DNA from: Paraspadella gotoi
Taxonomy: Eukaryota > Animalia > Chaetognatha
NCBI GenBank assembly: GCA_051294375.1
Contig: CM119271.1
Coordinates: 8,655,409 to 8,709,577, forward strand
Length of the DNA stretch: 54,169 nt
Direction of reading: 5' to 3'
Part shown: positions 23,410 to 38,144 of the stretch, piece by piece
Position numbering within the stretch: position 1 is the first letter of the stretch
How the letters are laid out: each line of letters starts with the position of its first letter
Notes under the pieces: model-generated
Seen by the model: only the letters and a program-made list of their open reading frames with translations
Told to the model about the DNA's origin: nothing
Databases searched by the model: none
Position numbers and translations under genes: made by a program

Positions 23410-24187
23410 TTAACTGAATCTTAATCTCGGTACAGGAGATGACTCTTAAAACTTTTAACTCTTAAAAGAAAGATTATCCCTTTTTTGGTTTCCCCGTTTC
23501 GATCATCGTTGATTTGATATCTCGTTTCTCCGTCTTTCATCGCCCTCCTTTATATTATTTATAAACTCCTTATCTCTTTCCCGTTTCCCCGCATTCTTAT
23601 CGGTCCACTTTTGCTGTTCCTACCCCCCTTTTTTCCTCCCCTTTCCTTCCCACTCCCCCCTTTTCCTCCGCCCACTCCCCCCCTTTTCCATCCCCCCACT
23701 TCCTCGTCTCATGTCATCCAAGACGCGACGAGTCTCGTTCGCGACACAAAAACTTGACAGGAATCAGATTGTCTCCGTCGCGCGCCTCCCCTCGTCGTCG
23801 TCATCGTTGTTGTCGTCGTCGTCGTTGTTGTTGTGTTCGATGATGACGTCGTCGTTGTCGTCGTCGTTGTCGTCGACGTCCATAAGAAAGTTGCGCCAGA
23901 GAAAACGATGAAAGAAGAAAAATTCAAAACTTTTGTCTGCCGTTTGCCATGTAGTGTTAAATCCAATATGTCAAATCGTAAATACGTTAAATATAAGTTG
24001 AAAAATATTGTATATAATCAACGCATATAAACTTTTTTTTTTTTAATTTTCGTCAAAAAAAATTTAAAACAATATTTTTATTATAGTAATACCGATACTT
24101 TCGTTCGAAGCCACTTTTAATTTTTATCAAATCAGCGATATAATTTTTCTTCCTTCCACCTTCACTGTTTTGATTTTTTACACATTT

Positions 24188-27100
24188 TTTATCTCGAGTA
24201 ACTCGGACCTTATTCATCTTATTAACCCACCTTTGACCGAACCTCTTACGAACCCCCTTTCTTTCGACCCCTCGATCCCCACGCCCTTCCTCCTCCGACC
24301 CTTTCCGCTCCTCCCTGACGTCCAACCTCCGCTCACCGTCGACGATATATTCCGCACTTGAGGACAGAACCGACGACGTTTACCCCGCGAACGGGTATAT
24401 ATCATGCGGCAACGACATTGGGAGGAGGGAGTGGAGAATGATCAGTTGGGGAGAGGATGCTGAATGAGAAAGGAGAAGGGAGAGAGCGAGAGAAGTAGAG
24501 AGAAGAGAGAGTGAGAGAGAGAGAGAGAGAGAAGAGAGAGACGCGGAGAGAGAAGAGAGAGAGAGGATGGTGGTCGAGATAAAAATGCGAAACGAAATGG
24601 ATGTTAAATTTTTATTATTGAAATCGGGGAAAAAGCGAATGGATTCGAATCGGCTAATTGTACAATTGTGTTTCATTTCTACAGGAAGAGAGAAAAGGAG
24701 AGAGAAAACTTTAGTGTTAAAAATAAAAACAAAAACAATGCATGCATCTTTTAAATAAATAAACCGTGTAAAAAGTTATTCGCGACCGCATGTTCGATCA
24801 GAGGGAGAAAGAAAAATTGCGCATTTTTAAATTCTTACCATCTGACGTTATTTCCTTTTTCAAAATAATACCCGGGATCTCCGCCAGTGAATGGGAATCC
24901 ATAAATTAGCGTAAGTTAAGGTATAAAAGAGAGTTAAGTAGTCTTGCGCAAAGAGCAGTGACGCATTTGAGAAGAGAGACAAAGTAATGAGCAGAACACA
25001 ATGAGGAAGATGAAACGACAGGAGCTTGCGCCTCTTAAAAAAAAAATAGAAAGATTAAATGTGAAAAGAGAAAAAAAAGAGCCCAAAAAAAATTTATGGA
25101 GTGATTTAGAAGGGACTAATTTACAAGTGATTCTTCACAATATATTTTGGAAGAACGACAACCGAACGAGAGAGATGAGATCAGAAGCAGAGAGAGAGTA
25201 GAGAGAATAACGAGAGAGAGAAGAGAGAGAAAGAGAGAGAGGAGGATGACGAAAGGAGAGAGAGAGAGAGAGAGGAGAGGGCTGGCTGAAAGGGAAGAGA
25301 CCACATTTTTATGCGCCGCGTGATGTAGTTTTATTTTGTCGTCGGCGACGTCCGCGCTGGGCGTAGTGTCGTCGCCATCGACGAACGACATTGCCGCGAC
25401 CGACGACGAACGACGAGACACGACGCGACGACCGAAGCCGACGGAACGACACACGCCTACCGAACGACGACGAACGAACGACCCGAACGCCGCGACACAC
25501 GACGACCTGAACGAACCGACACTACACCAGTACGCGACCGACCGACACGACGACTACGAGACGAACGAGCGCCCATGTATTAAGCGTACCGACGAACCGC
25601 ACCGGGGAAAGACAGACAAACGCCAGTTGAACGGGGCACGCAAGGAAGGGACGACGGACGACGAGCCACGCGGCGGCGGTATACCTCGCACCTGTGGAAC
25701 CGAGGACGACACGAACCAACCAGGGGGCGCGACGGTCACGAACGCGAACCGACGACGACGACCACGACCCAAGCGAAGCAAGGCACCACGCCCGTCGGAA
25801 ACCTGGACCAACATTCTACCTTCTGCGTCCATCGGGGTAACCGCCACCTACGAAGAAAGAGGAAAGGACGACGAGAGAGACGAAGACAAAGAGGACGACG
25901 ATCGAACACCGACAGCAAAACGACGACGACGACGACGACGGACAACGACGGACGACGACGAACGATATAGGAAGGAAATGGCTGCGCTCTTCTACTAACC
26001 TACATAAGATGTGAATCTTTGTTTGTGTTATAAGGTTAATTTTCAAAAAAATTGTTTAACATGCTGCAAATGCCCGACTCTATTACATTAGGCCGGCAGA
26101 GATTCAACTTCTTATCACGCGAATATCCGAGTGGCCTTGCCTCGCGCCTCCTTGTCTCGTTGTGATTCCCTGTACTTTCCATGTACTTAAATATGTATAT
26201 GAATTAATTTTTTTAAACTTAAGCGCATTGATGTGTAATATTTTACGTTTAAAATTTAACCGCCACTATAATATGCAAATGGAGATTAAAAGACAAATGT
26301 GTTGATTTTTTAAAATATTAAATTCAAAATATTGGCAAAAAATTAAAATCTACATTGTCTTATCTCAACAGTCAGTATTTATCTATAGACAACAGTTTAG
26401 TAACTCTTGTTATACTCTATTTTATTTTGGGAAAATATATAAAGTAAACAAATATTCTAATAATTATTAATACATTAATGTGATTAGATGATCGAATAAT
26501 TTATAAAAGGATTTAACAATATATCCTTACACTGCCCTACGAATCAGGGCAGCAAGCGGATGGCCACAGTTGACAGATGCAAAGAATCATATCGAAGGAA
26601 TCTAAAAAAATTTTGAGCCACACAATATAATGGAGGAGACGCTGACCACGAATCAAGTATCTGACACTTATTCATTTTTATTACTGCATGAGTGATACTC
26701 GGTTTCCTGAAAAGGCAAACATCCTCTCTCTCTCTCAAACTCTCAAACTGATTGCAGATAACTTTTGCAAGTTTTTTCAAAAGCTCGACAATTAAGAGTC
26801 GAAACATTGTTGTTTTTCTGGTTATTTTGTTACTGTTATTAAACACCTCCTAAACTTGTTGTTTTGGCAATTCAAAAACTCTGCTTAAATTCACTATAGC
26901 AACGAAAAGAGAGAAAAATAGTGAGATAAATGAATGAGTGATACTCTAAGTCAATAACAATTAAACAATTATTATAAATGAAAAGTTCATTTAAAGCGTT
27001 CATTGCCGAATAGTCCATCTGAGATTCTCGAGTTCCTCACGAACTCATCTCCAACAGAAAAACAGGAAATGTTTTTATTTAGAGACAGATTAGGGCGACA

Positions 27101-29981
27101 TTCAAGATGTTCAATACAATAATGTTCTCGCTTTTTCTAATTTTAGAAAATGACGTGTGACCTTTAAAAATTTCGAACGTTTGGAGAACTTAATTTATGC
27201 CACGTTGCGATTACAGAAATTTGAAGAGAGAGGAGAGAGAAATTGCGCGATCACTCAACGTGTACTGGCAGTAGGCTGTAACTATTGGTTGCGTGCTCGA
27301 TTGTCTCTCGCAGCTGCAGCGAGGCCTCCGCAACCACCCAAACCCGGGCCTCGCTCCCCCCGGAGAGGTCGAGTGTGAGGTACACCCGTCGCCAACTTGA
27401 ACACGGTGGTACTTTTCGACTGAACTAGCTCAGTAGCTTTTTTGTTATTTAGCTTTTTTTTGATTTTCCATGGTTTTACCCTCAATTTTCGAGGTTCGCT
27501 AGCGGTTTTGGTTTGTCTGGTTTGTGTTGATATTCTCTTTTCTCTCTTCTCTTTTTTCCTGTCCCCCATTTTTTGTTCTCTCGTGCACTTTCCCGGGTTT
27601 CGATATTTTCTTTTTTCTTGGGTACAAGAGTGACGCACTCAAATGAGGACGCTCCCATGTTCCTCTAACCTTCAACAAATACTGTGATGCTCCCTTCTCC
27701 CGCGCTCATATGTCCCGAACTTTCCCCCCGCTCGTCCTTCCCACCTATAGTCCCCTTTTTAACGCGTATTTTCCCAGCGTGACTGCTTAATACAACTGAA
27801 ATTCGTCGAAGACGCATAAAAAGACGAAAGAAGGAGCGCTCAGACCTATCCCCAGTCGTACTTCTCTCCCCTGAGCTACTACGGATCTAATCTCTTATTT
27901 ATTCTCCATACTCTCAGATCAACGCGATGTTCATCCCTTCTCTCTTTCTCTAACGAAAGACTGCGAATTATTCTCCGAGTTACTCCGTTTCCGTTTCGCT
28001 GAGTGACACCAAAAACAATCTTCCTATACGTTAAATATCTTCGGATCATTAATATATCTTCGATAAGTTTATTATCTGTATAAGTTTGGAGAACGTACTG
28101 GGACGTCTTTTTTACCTGTATAGAGTTGTCATTCATGTTTTTGATCATTTTACTTATCTATATACTCAAATTTTTCTATATCTATACCCATGTACAATCA
28201 TGCGCGCTCGAAACAAAACTATGTTTTAGATCCCTCTGCTTTCGTTCTCACTGCATTTAAATAGAAATAATATCTATCATCATTACAGGAAATCCCCTAT
28301 GCTACCTCACGGACTGAGATCCAAAAGATAACCTTTACTAGAAAATCCGCCCGTTCCTCTGGGTATTCATGCGTCTTTTTGATGACCACAATGCTGCGAG
28401 AAGTTATTCTCTCTCGACGATTTCTAGACTTTTATTCCTCATTTTCTTTCATTTTTAAACATACATTTGAGCATCTTGGATCAACTCATTTGGATTGGGG
28501 ACGCTTGAACGTTAGTTTCTCGTGCCCGAGAAGATAAAATTCTTCTTTCAGAGAGAGAGAGAGAAAGGAAAGAAGGTAAACGATTTCCTAGAGAGAAAGA
28601 AAAGAAAGCGCACAAAGAAAAGAAAGAGAAATAAAATCATTATTCTCTATCTATGCAATCCTGTGTCTGACCAGGTCACTCTCAGGGACCGGCGGGCTCT
28701 ATTGTCATTCTTTTTCTCGCCTTAATTCTTTGATTCGATATGTTTATAAGATCGCTACTAGATGCTCTATATTATCTCTCTTTGCAAAGTTGTACAGAAC
28801 AACAGTTTTTCCGGTTGCTTAACTGGAAACATGCCAACGCTCGTTTCTATCTAAAACAACTTACAAGAATCCTAGAGAACTACACAAATTCGAATGTCAA
28901 TCAGCGACGTGACCAATTTCCACCCAATCACGAAGGATAGCCGCGCTCAATTTGAATTGCTTCTTCTTTTCTTCAAGAACCAATTTGTTAGAAAATCTGC
29001 AGTGGATTCTCTGAATCAATTTTTTTTTGAAATCCAGTGATGCGTATGTGGATTCATCAAATAAGCTACATATAGGTAAGCTGTACCACTAAGCTTTCCT
29101 CTCGCACCACATAGCCGACAGCGGCAACATATTTGAGAAAAGGATTTATACTTTATGCATATGATTCCGCCCGCTACTATACACCTATTCATACATACTT
29201 CACTAGTCATTCTATTCTCTAACTTTTGCCACAGCTCACTTGCTGCCCAGAACCTTTTTCACGACCACCTGATTCTTTCCTCCGACTAACATCTAATCAC
29301 CAAACCACAGAACGAGATCTGGGCGAGAATTCAGTGCAATCCCCAGGCCCCCTCCTCGGAGGCCCGAACGTCAACCCGCCATTCATCCCACACATCCTGT
29401 TCGCGACCAACTTACCATTTCCCCCCATCTGGCATTTGATCACCCAGTTTCCCACCTGACAACCGAAACCCAGCAGAGTAACAAGGTTCGCGGCCAGAGG
29501 GGAAAGAATCGAGGCATTACCTTAAATCGTCCCGATTGATCGTCGGTATTCCCTCATACATTAAACCGTATGTCGAAAAATGGGAAGCAGCCTCAGAAAA
29601 TCTGTTCTCGTCCAACTGCCGTGCGGCGAGAGCAGAGAAACGGAGGGGAGATATAGAGAAGAGAAGAACGCTAAAGAGAGAGAAGAGAAGAGAGTACGGG
29701 ACCAAATGGGAGAGAGAGATAGAAGAAGAAAAAGATTAAAATCATATTCTTTTCATTTGAAATTCCCCATACTTAATTTAACTTTATTGCTAAGCGATAA
29801 ATATCTCTTTTTTTTCATTTAACTACTTTTTACAGACACTTTTGTTTATGACGATCATTCAACTTCACTAGATTGACTTACTTCGTCTCCCACGTCGCTC
29901 ATTCGCTTAACTTACCTTTATCCATTGCACGAGTCGCGCGTCTCACTACTCACCCGTTTTTTCTCGTTTATTTCCTTTAAT

Positions 29982-30036
<55 letters not shown>

Positions 30037-30385
30037 GATTCGTTTGCTTCGACATTGACGAGTTGCAACGTGTTTTTCACACGCGCTTAATTCTCTTAAT
30101 CACGTAATGTCCTCGTTATTCTGCTTCCACCTTCACAGCCGAAGCCCGCCGCCGCCGCAGCCCGACGCCGCCTGCCGCCGAGCGACGCCATTACTTTCTT
30201 TTCCTCACCTTCCTCCCTCACCCATCCTCGTTTTCTTTCCTTTTTTTTCTTTTCTTTCTTTCTCTCCCTTTTTCTCCCCCTTCATTTATTACTCACGCCG
30301 ACTTCCATTTTCTTTCAACGCTCTCTCTCTCTCTCNNNNNNNNNNNNNNNNNNNNNNNNNAAAAGAGAGAAGAGAGAAGAGAGAG

Positions 30386-30451
<66 letters not shown>

Positions 30452-30751
30452 AGAGAGAGCGTTGAAAAGAAAATGGAAAGTTCGGCGTGAGTAATAAATG
30501 AAGGCGGAGAAAAAGTGGAGAGAAAGAAAGAAAAGAAAGAAAAAGAAGAAAAACGAGGATGGGTGAGGGAGGAGGTGAGGAAAGGAAAGTAATGGCGTCG
30601 CTCGGCGGCAGGGGCGTTCGGGCTGCGGCGGCGGCGGCTGCGGCTGTGAAGGTGGATAGCAGAATAACGAGGACATTACGGGTGATTAAGAGAATCTTAA
30701 GCGCGTTGAAAAACAACGTTGCAAGCCGTCAGATGTCGAAGCAAACGAATC

Positions 30752-30796
<45 letters not shown>

Positions 30797-33700
30797 AGAG
30801 AGAGAGACAGAGAGAGGAGGACAATTAAGGATAACGAGAAAGAACGGCGTGAGTAGTGGAATGACGCGCGAGCTTTCCGTGCAATGGATAAAGGTAGTTT
30901 AAGGCGATATGAGCACGTGGGAGAACGAAGTAGTGCAATCTAGTGAAGTTGAATGATACGTATAAACAAAAAGTGTCTGTAAAAAAGTAGTTATGAAAAA
31001 GAGAAGGATATTTACTCGCTCTAGCAATTCAAGTTAAATATAAGTATGTGTGGAATTTCAATGAAAAGAATATGATTTTAATCTTTTTCTTCTTCTATCT
31101 CTCTCTCCCATTTGGTCCCGTACTCTCTTCTCTTCTCTCTCTTTAGCGTTCTTCTCTTCTCTATATCTCCCCTCCGTTTCTCTGCTCTCGCCGCACGGCA
31201 GTTGGACGAGAACAGATTTTCTGAGGCTGCTTCCCATTTTTCGACATACGGTTTAATGTATGAGGGAATACCGACGATCAATCGGGACGATTTAAGGTAA
31301 TGCCTCGATTCTTTCCCCTCTGGCCGCGAACCTTGTTACTCTGCTGGGTTTCGGTTGTCAGGTGGGAAACTGGGTGATCAAATGCCAGATGGGGGGAAAT
31401 GGTAAGTTGGTCGCGAACAGGATGTGTGGGATGAATGGCGGGTTGACGTTCGGGCCTCCGAGGAGGGGGCCTGGGGATTGCACTGAATTCTCGCCCAGAT
31501 CTCGTTCTGTGGTTTGGTGATTAGATGTTAGTCGGAGGAAAGAATCAGGTGGTCGTGAAAAAGGTTCTGGGCAGCAAGTGAGCTGTGGCAAAAGTTAGAG
31601 AATAGAATGACTAGTGAAGTATGTATGAATAGGTGTATAGTAGCGGGCGGAATCATATGCATAAAGTATAAATCCTTTTCTCAAATATGTTGCCGCTGTC
31701 GGCTATGTGGTGCGAGAGGAAAGCTTAGTGGTACAGCTTACCTATATGTAGCTTATTTGATGAATCCACATACGCATCACTGGATTTCAAAAAAAAATTG
31801 ATTCAGAGAATCCACTGCAGATTTTCTAACAAATTGGTTCTTGAAGAAAAGAAGAAGCAATTCAAATTGAGCGCGGCTATCCTTCGTGATTGGGTGGAAA
31901 TTGGTCACGTCGCTGATTGACATTCGAATTTGTGTAGTTCTCTAGGATTCTTGTAAGTTGTTTTAGATAGAAACGAGCGTTGGCATGTTTCCAGTTAAGC
32001 AACCGGAAAAACTGTTGTTCTGTACAACTTTGCAAAGAGAGATAATATAGAGCATCTAGTAGCGATCTTATAAACATATCGAATCAAAGAATTAAGGCGA
32101 GAAAAAGAATGACAATAGAGCCCGCCGGTCCCTGAGAGTGACCTGGTCAGACACAGGATTGCATAGATAGAGAATAATGATTTTATTTCTCTTTCTTTTC
32201 TTTGTGCGCTTTCTTTTCTTTCTCTCTAGGAAATCGTTTACCTTCTTTCCTTTCTCTCTCTCTCTCTGAAAGAAGAATTTTATCTTCTCGGGCACGAGAA
32301 ACTAACGTTCAAGCGTCCCCAATCCAAATGAGTTGATCCAAGATGCTCAAATGTATGTTTAAAAATGAAAGAAAATGAGGAATAAAAGTCTAGAAATCGT
32401 CGAGAGAGAATAACTTCTCGCAGCATTGTGGTCATCAAAAAGACGCATGAATACCCAGAGGAACGGGCGGATTTTCTAGTAAAGGTTATCTTTTGGATCT
32501 CAGTCCGTGAGGTAGCATAGGGGATTTCCTGTAATGATGATAGATATTATTTCTATTTAAATGCAGTGAGAACGAAAGCAGAGGGATCTAAAACATAGTT
32601 TTGTTTCGAGCGCGCATGATTGTACATGGGTATAGATATAGAAAAATTTGAGTATATAGATAAGTAAAATGATCAAAAACATGAATGACAACTCTATACA
32701 GGTAAAAAAGACGTCCCAGTACGTTCTCCAAACTTATACAGATAATAAACTTATCGAAGATATATTAATGATCCGAAGATATTTAACGTATAGGAAGATT
32801 GTTTTTGGTGTCACTCAGCGAAACGGAAACGGAGTAACTCGGAGAATAATTCGCAGTCTTTCGTTAGAGAAAGAGAGAAGGGATGAACATCGCGTTGATC
32901 TGAGAGTATGGAGAATAAATAAGAGATTAGATCCGTAGTAGCTCAGGGGAGAGAAGTACGACTGGGGATAGGTCTGAGCGCTCCTTCTTTCGTCTTTTTA
33001 TGCGTCTTCGACGAATTTCAGTTGTATTAAGCAGTCACGCTGGGAAAATACGCGTTAAAAAGGGGACTATAGGTGGGAAGGACGAGCGGGGGGAAAGTTC
33101 GGGACATATGAGCGCGGGAGAAGGGAGCATCACAGTATTTGTTGAAGGTTAGAGGAACATGGGAGCGTCCTCATTTGAGTGCGTCACTCTTGTACCCAAG
33201 AAAAAAGAAAATATCGAAACCCGGGAAAGTGCACGAGAGAACAAAAAATGGGGGACAGGAAAAAAGAGAAGAGAGAAAAGAGAATATCAACACAAACCAG
33301 ACAAACCAAAACCGCTAGCGAACCTCGAAAATTGAGGGTAAAACCATGGAAAATCAAAAAAAAGCTAAATAACAAAAAAGCTACTGAGCTAGTTCAGTCG
33401 AAAAGTACCACCGTGTTCAAGTTGGCGACGGGTGTACCTCACACTCGACCTCTCCGGGGGGAGCGAGGCCCGGGTTTGGGTGGTTGCGGAGGCCTCGCTG
33501 CAGCTGCGAGAGACAATCGAGCACGCAACCAATAGTTACAGCCTACTGCCAGTACACGTTGAGTGATCGCGCAATTTCTCTCTCCTCTCTCTTCAAATTT
33601 CTGTAATCGCAACGTGGCATAAATTAAGTTCTCCAAACGTTCGAAATTTTTAAAGGTCACACGTCATTTTCTAAAATTAGAAAAAGCGAGAACATTATTG

Positions 33701-35578
33701 TATTGAACATCTTGAATGTCGCCCTAATCTGTCTCTAAATAAAAACATTTCCTGTTTTTCTGTTGGAGATGAGTTCGTGAGGAACTCGAGAATCTCAGAT
33801 GGACTATTCGGCAATGAACGCTTTAAATGAACTTTTCATTTATAATAATTGTTTAATTGTTATTGACTTAGAGTATCACTCATTCATTTATCTCACTATT
33901 TTTCTCTCTTTTCGTTGCTATAGTGAATTTAAGCAGAGTTTTTGAATTGCCAAAACAACAAGTTTAGGAGGTGTTTAATAACAGTAACAAAATAACCAGA
34001 AAAACAACAATGTTTCGACTCTTAATTGTCGAGCTTTTGAAAAAACTTGCAAAAGTTATCTGCAATCAGTTTGAGAGTTTGAGAGAGAGAGAGGATGTTT
34101 GCCTTTTCAGGAAACCGAGTATCACTCATGCAGTAATAAAAATGAATAAGTGTCAGATACTTGATTCGTGGTCAGCGTCTCCTCCATTATATTGTGTGGC
34201 TCAAAATTTTTTTAGATTCCTTCGATATGATTCTTTGCATCTGTCAACTGTGGCCATCCGCTTGCTGCCCTGATTCGTAGGGCAGTGTAAGGATATATTG
34301 TTAAATCCTTTTATAAATTATTCGATCATCTAATCACATTAATGTATTAATAATTATTAGAATATTTGTTTACTTTATATATTTTCCCAAAATAAAATAG
34401 AGTATAACAAGAGTTACTAAACTGTTGTCTATAGATAAATACTGACTGTTGAGATAAGACAATGTAGATTTTAATTTTTTGCCAATATTTTGAATTTAAT
34501 ATTTTAAAAAATCAACACATTTGTCTTTTAATCTCCATTTGCATATTATAGTGGCGGTTAAATTTTAAACGTAAAATATTACACATCAATGCGCTTAAGT
34601 TTAAAAAAATTAATTCATATACATATTTAAGTACATGGAAAGTACAGGGAATCACAACGAGACAAGGAGGCGCGAGGCAAGGCCACTCGGATATTCGCGT
34701 GATAAGAAGTTGAATCTCTGCCGGCCTAATGTAATAGAGTCGGGCATTTGCAGCATGTTAAACAATTTTTTTGAAAATTAACCTTATAACACAAACAAAG
34801 ATTCACATCTTATGTAGGTTAGTAGAAGAGCGCAGCCATTTCCTTCCTATATCGTTCGTCGTCGTCCGTCGTTGTCCGTCGTCGTCGTCGTCGTCGTTTT
34901 GCTGTCGGTGTTCGATCGTCGTCCTCTTTGTCTTCGTCTCTCTCGTCGTCCTTTCCTCTTTCTTCGTAGGTGGCGGTTACCCCGATGGACGCAGAAGGTA
35001 GAATGTTGGTCCAGGTTTCCGACGGGCGTGGTGCCTTGCTTCGCTTGGGTCGTGGTCGTCGTCGTCGGTTCGCGTTCGTGACCGTCGCGCCCCCTGGTTG
35101 GTTCGTGTCGTCCTCGGTTCCACAGGTGCGAGGTATACCGCCGCCGCGTGGCTCGTCGTCCGTCGTCCCTTCCTTGCGTGCCCCGTTCAACTGGCGTTTG
35201 TCTGTCTTTCCCCGGTGCGGTTCGTCGGTACGCTTAATACATGGGCGCTCGTTCGTCTCGTAGTCGTCGTGTCGGTCGGTCGCGTACTGGTGTAGTGTCG
35301 GTTCGTTCAGGTCGTCGTGTGTCGCGGCGTTCGGGTCGTTCGTTCGTCGTCGTTCGGTAGGCGTGTGTCGTTCCGTCGGCTTCGGTCGTCGCGTCGTGTC
35401 TCGTCGTTCGTCGTCGGTCGCGGCAATGTCGTTCGTCGATGGCGACGACACTACGCCGCCGAGCGAAACGGGAGTCGCCGACGACAAAGATAAAACCAAC
35501 ATCACCGCCAAAAATGTGGTCTCTTCCTCTTTCAGCCAGCCTCTCTCCCTCCTCTCTCTCTCTCTCTCTTTCTCATCC

Positions 35579-35610
<32 letters not shown>

Positions 35611-36577
35611 TTTCTCTCTCTCTCTCTCCTCAATCTCACTCTCTCGGTTGTCGTTCTTCAAAATATATTTGAAGAATCACTTTAAATTAGTCCTTCTAAA
35701 TACTCCATAAATTTTTTTTGGGCTTTTTTTTTCTCCTTTTCACTTTATCTTTCCTTTTTTTTTTAAAGAGGCGCAACTTCCTTTCTTTCTCTTCCTCATT
35801 GTGTCTCTCATTACTTGTCTCTCTTCTCAATGCGTCACTCTCTTTGCGGAAGACACTTAAACTCTCTTTTTATACCTTAACTACGGCCTATTAGGATCCA
35901 TTAGGCGGAGATGCCCGGGTATTATTTTGAAAAAGGAAATGAACTCGTCAAAGGAATCGGTTAAGAATTTAAAAATGCCAATTGTTTTTCTCCCTCTGAT
36001 CGAACATCGGTCGGAATACTTTACACTTATTTAATTAAGATGCAGCATTGTTTTGTTTTTATTTTTTTAACACTAAAGTTTTCTCTCTCCTTTTCTCCTT
36101 CCTGTAGAAATGAAACCAATTGTACAATTAGCCGATTCGAATCCATTCGCTTTTTCCCCGCATTTCAATTAATAAAAATTTCAATTTCATCCATTTCGTT
36201 TCGCATTTTTATCTCGACCACCATCACATCGTCTCTCTCTTCTCTCTCCGCGTTCTCCTTCTCTCTTCTCTCTCTCTCACTCTCTCTTCCTCTACTCGTC
36301 TCTCGCTCTCCCCTTCTTTTCTCTCTCCACATCCTCCCTGATATTCTCACTCCCTTCCTCCCAGATGTCGTTGCCGCATGATATATACCCGTTCGCGGGG
36401 TAAACGTCGTCGGTTCTGTCCTCAAGTGCGGTATATCGTCGACGGTGAGCGGAGGTTGAGAGTCCGGAGGAGCGGAAGGGGTGCGAGGGAGGGCGTGGGA
36501 TCGGGTCGAAGAAAGGGGTTCGTAAGAGGTTCGGTCAAAGGTGGGTTATAAAGAATAGGTCCGAGTTTTCGAGATAC
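24188..36577. repeat. Large inverted repeat, arms ~24188-30335 and 30361-36577, centred on a 25-N gap
   Basis: Mirror ORFs with identical translations and constant coordinate sum 60817 (e.g. 26544..26846 vs 33971..34273); apparently identical core 25360-29757 / 31060-35457; outer and inner flanks differ by many indels. Confidence 0.95.
26087..29185. other. ~3.1-kb segment present in both palindrome arms but absent from the third copy at ~45110
   Basis: Copy at 45091-45140 reads gcaatgcccgactctatacatatacat...tagtcatt continuously, joining 26085 to ~29185. Confidence 0.7.
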
Positions 36578-37981
36578 AATTTTTCTTGAGCCGGTTTTTA
36601 ACGATTATCGTGATGCATTCACACGATAGATTCTACCGTTTGAAAATTTAACGCTATTTTCTTAGATCTTTAGTTTATGAAAATTGCAAAATTACTTGGC
36701 CAACTAACTATAAAATGGTCATTTATCTGAAAATTAAGCTTAATAGCTTAATAACTTAATAGCTTTATTTAATATTTCGTATTTTAGAATATCAGTTCAT
36801 CTATTCTTAACTTCAGATTGTAACCGGCGCATCCTCATTTCTTTTCATCTGACAACTTCTCAGCCTCTCATAATATTTTCCTTTCATTATTTTCTATTTT
36901 ATTTTCTTCTCTTTCCTTCTCTCAAGTTCTCGTTTCTTTTCTTTCCTCTTTTTTCTCCACTCTTCTTTTTCCTTCTACCTTCTTTATTAGTCTCAAAGTC
37001 CCATCGCCACTCACCTGACTTCTTTCTATTGTCTTTCTTTTTTCCCCGCCTCCTTTTTTCTCCCTTTCTTTTCTTTCCTTCTTTTTCTCTCTCTCACTCT
37101 TCCTCCTCCTCCTCCTCCTCCGCCATATTGGCCTCGCAGTACCCCTGCCTCCCTCTCGAGTCCGGGAATCCATTTGTATTATTCCTTCGCATTCTCTCGA
37201 ACAAATGATCGGCCATTAGAAGCAGCTGCTACGCGGCGGCGCGGCGTCGAGGGCGCGGGCGGAGTGCTGCTGTGCTGGGGCGGAGACGCAGCGCCGGGGC
37301 GGCCCTTTGACGGCGCCGATCGACGACGAAGAATACGACAACAACGAAAAACATCTGCACAATTACGCCGATATGTGTAACGACATTTTAGCGATACGTT
37401 GCTAAAGTTTTATTTTTTTTTATTTTTTTTAGGGATTATGTATATTTGATTGACAGTGATTTCAAGAATCCGTCTACTCAAGAACAGTAACAAGGGAGAA
37501 GCTGATGTTATTTCCCAAAATACCAAGAATATCAACTCTTATGAAATTGGTACAACCAATATAAAAATTCTCCATTCATTTGATAAATAAGCTATCTTGC
37601 CCCTGACTTTCACTTTCGAAAGTTTGTTTGATTAATGACAAAAACGAAATTAACATATTTGAATACAAAAAAAAGTGACGGAATCAATAACAGCGTAAAA
37701 AGACTGGAACACAGTAAACAACAATAACAAGTTTGAGCAAACAATGTCGGATCTGCCTACGATAATTAATTAATTAATTAATTAATCGATTAATTAATTA
37801 ATAATTAATTAATTTTAATATGTAATAATTAATTTTAAATTTATATTCAACTTATCATCATCGATGTCCTTAAAATTGGGTTAGGACAGTTATTAAATAT
37901 GTTTTGTTTACATTTTTATCAAAACAAAAACAAATATCCTCTATTTATTTTATGTCTCCTTCTCTCTCTCTCTCTCACTCA

Positions 37982-38015
<34 letters not shown>

Positions 38016-38144
38016 CTTTTATCTGCAATTGCAGACGATCTTTATGCTTTTCAAGATTTTTTTTTAACTTGCATCATTTTTTTATCATAATTAATTAATA
38101 ATCATTAATTAATAAAACATTTATTAGTAATCATTAATATTAAA

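Noticed and set aside
25336-25998. 220-aa ORF (and mirror 34819..35661) as a real gene
   Set aside because: Derived from a noisy (GAC)n-rich tract that is stop-poor by composition; the third copy at 44760-45015 is much shorter and not frame-conserved.
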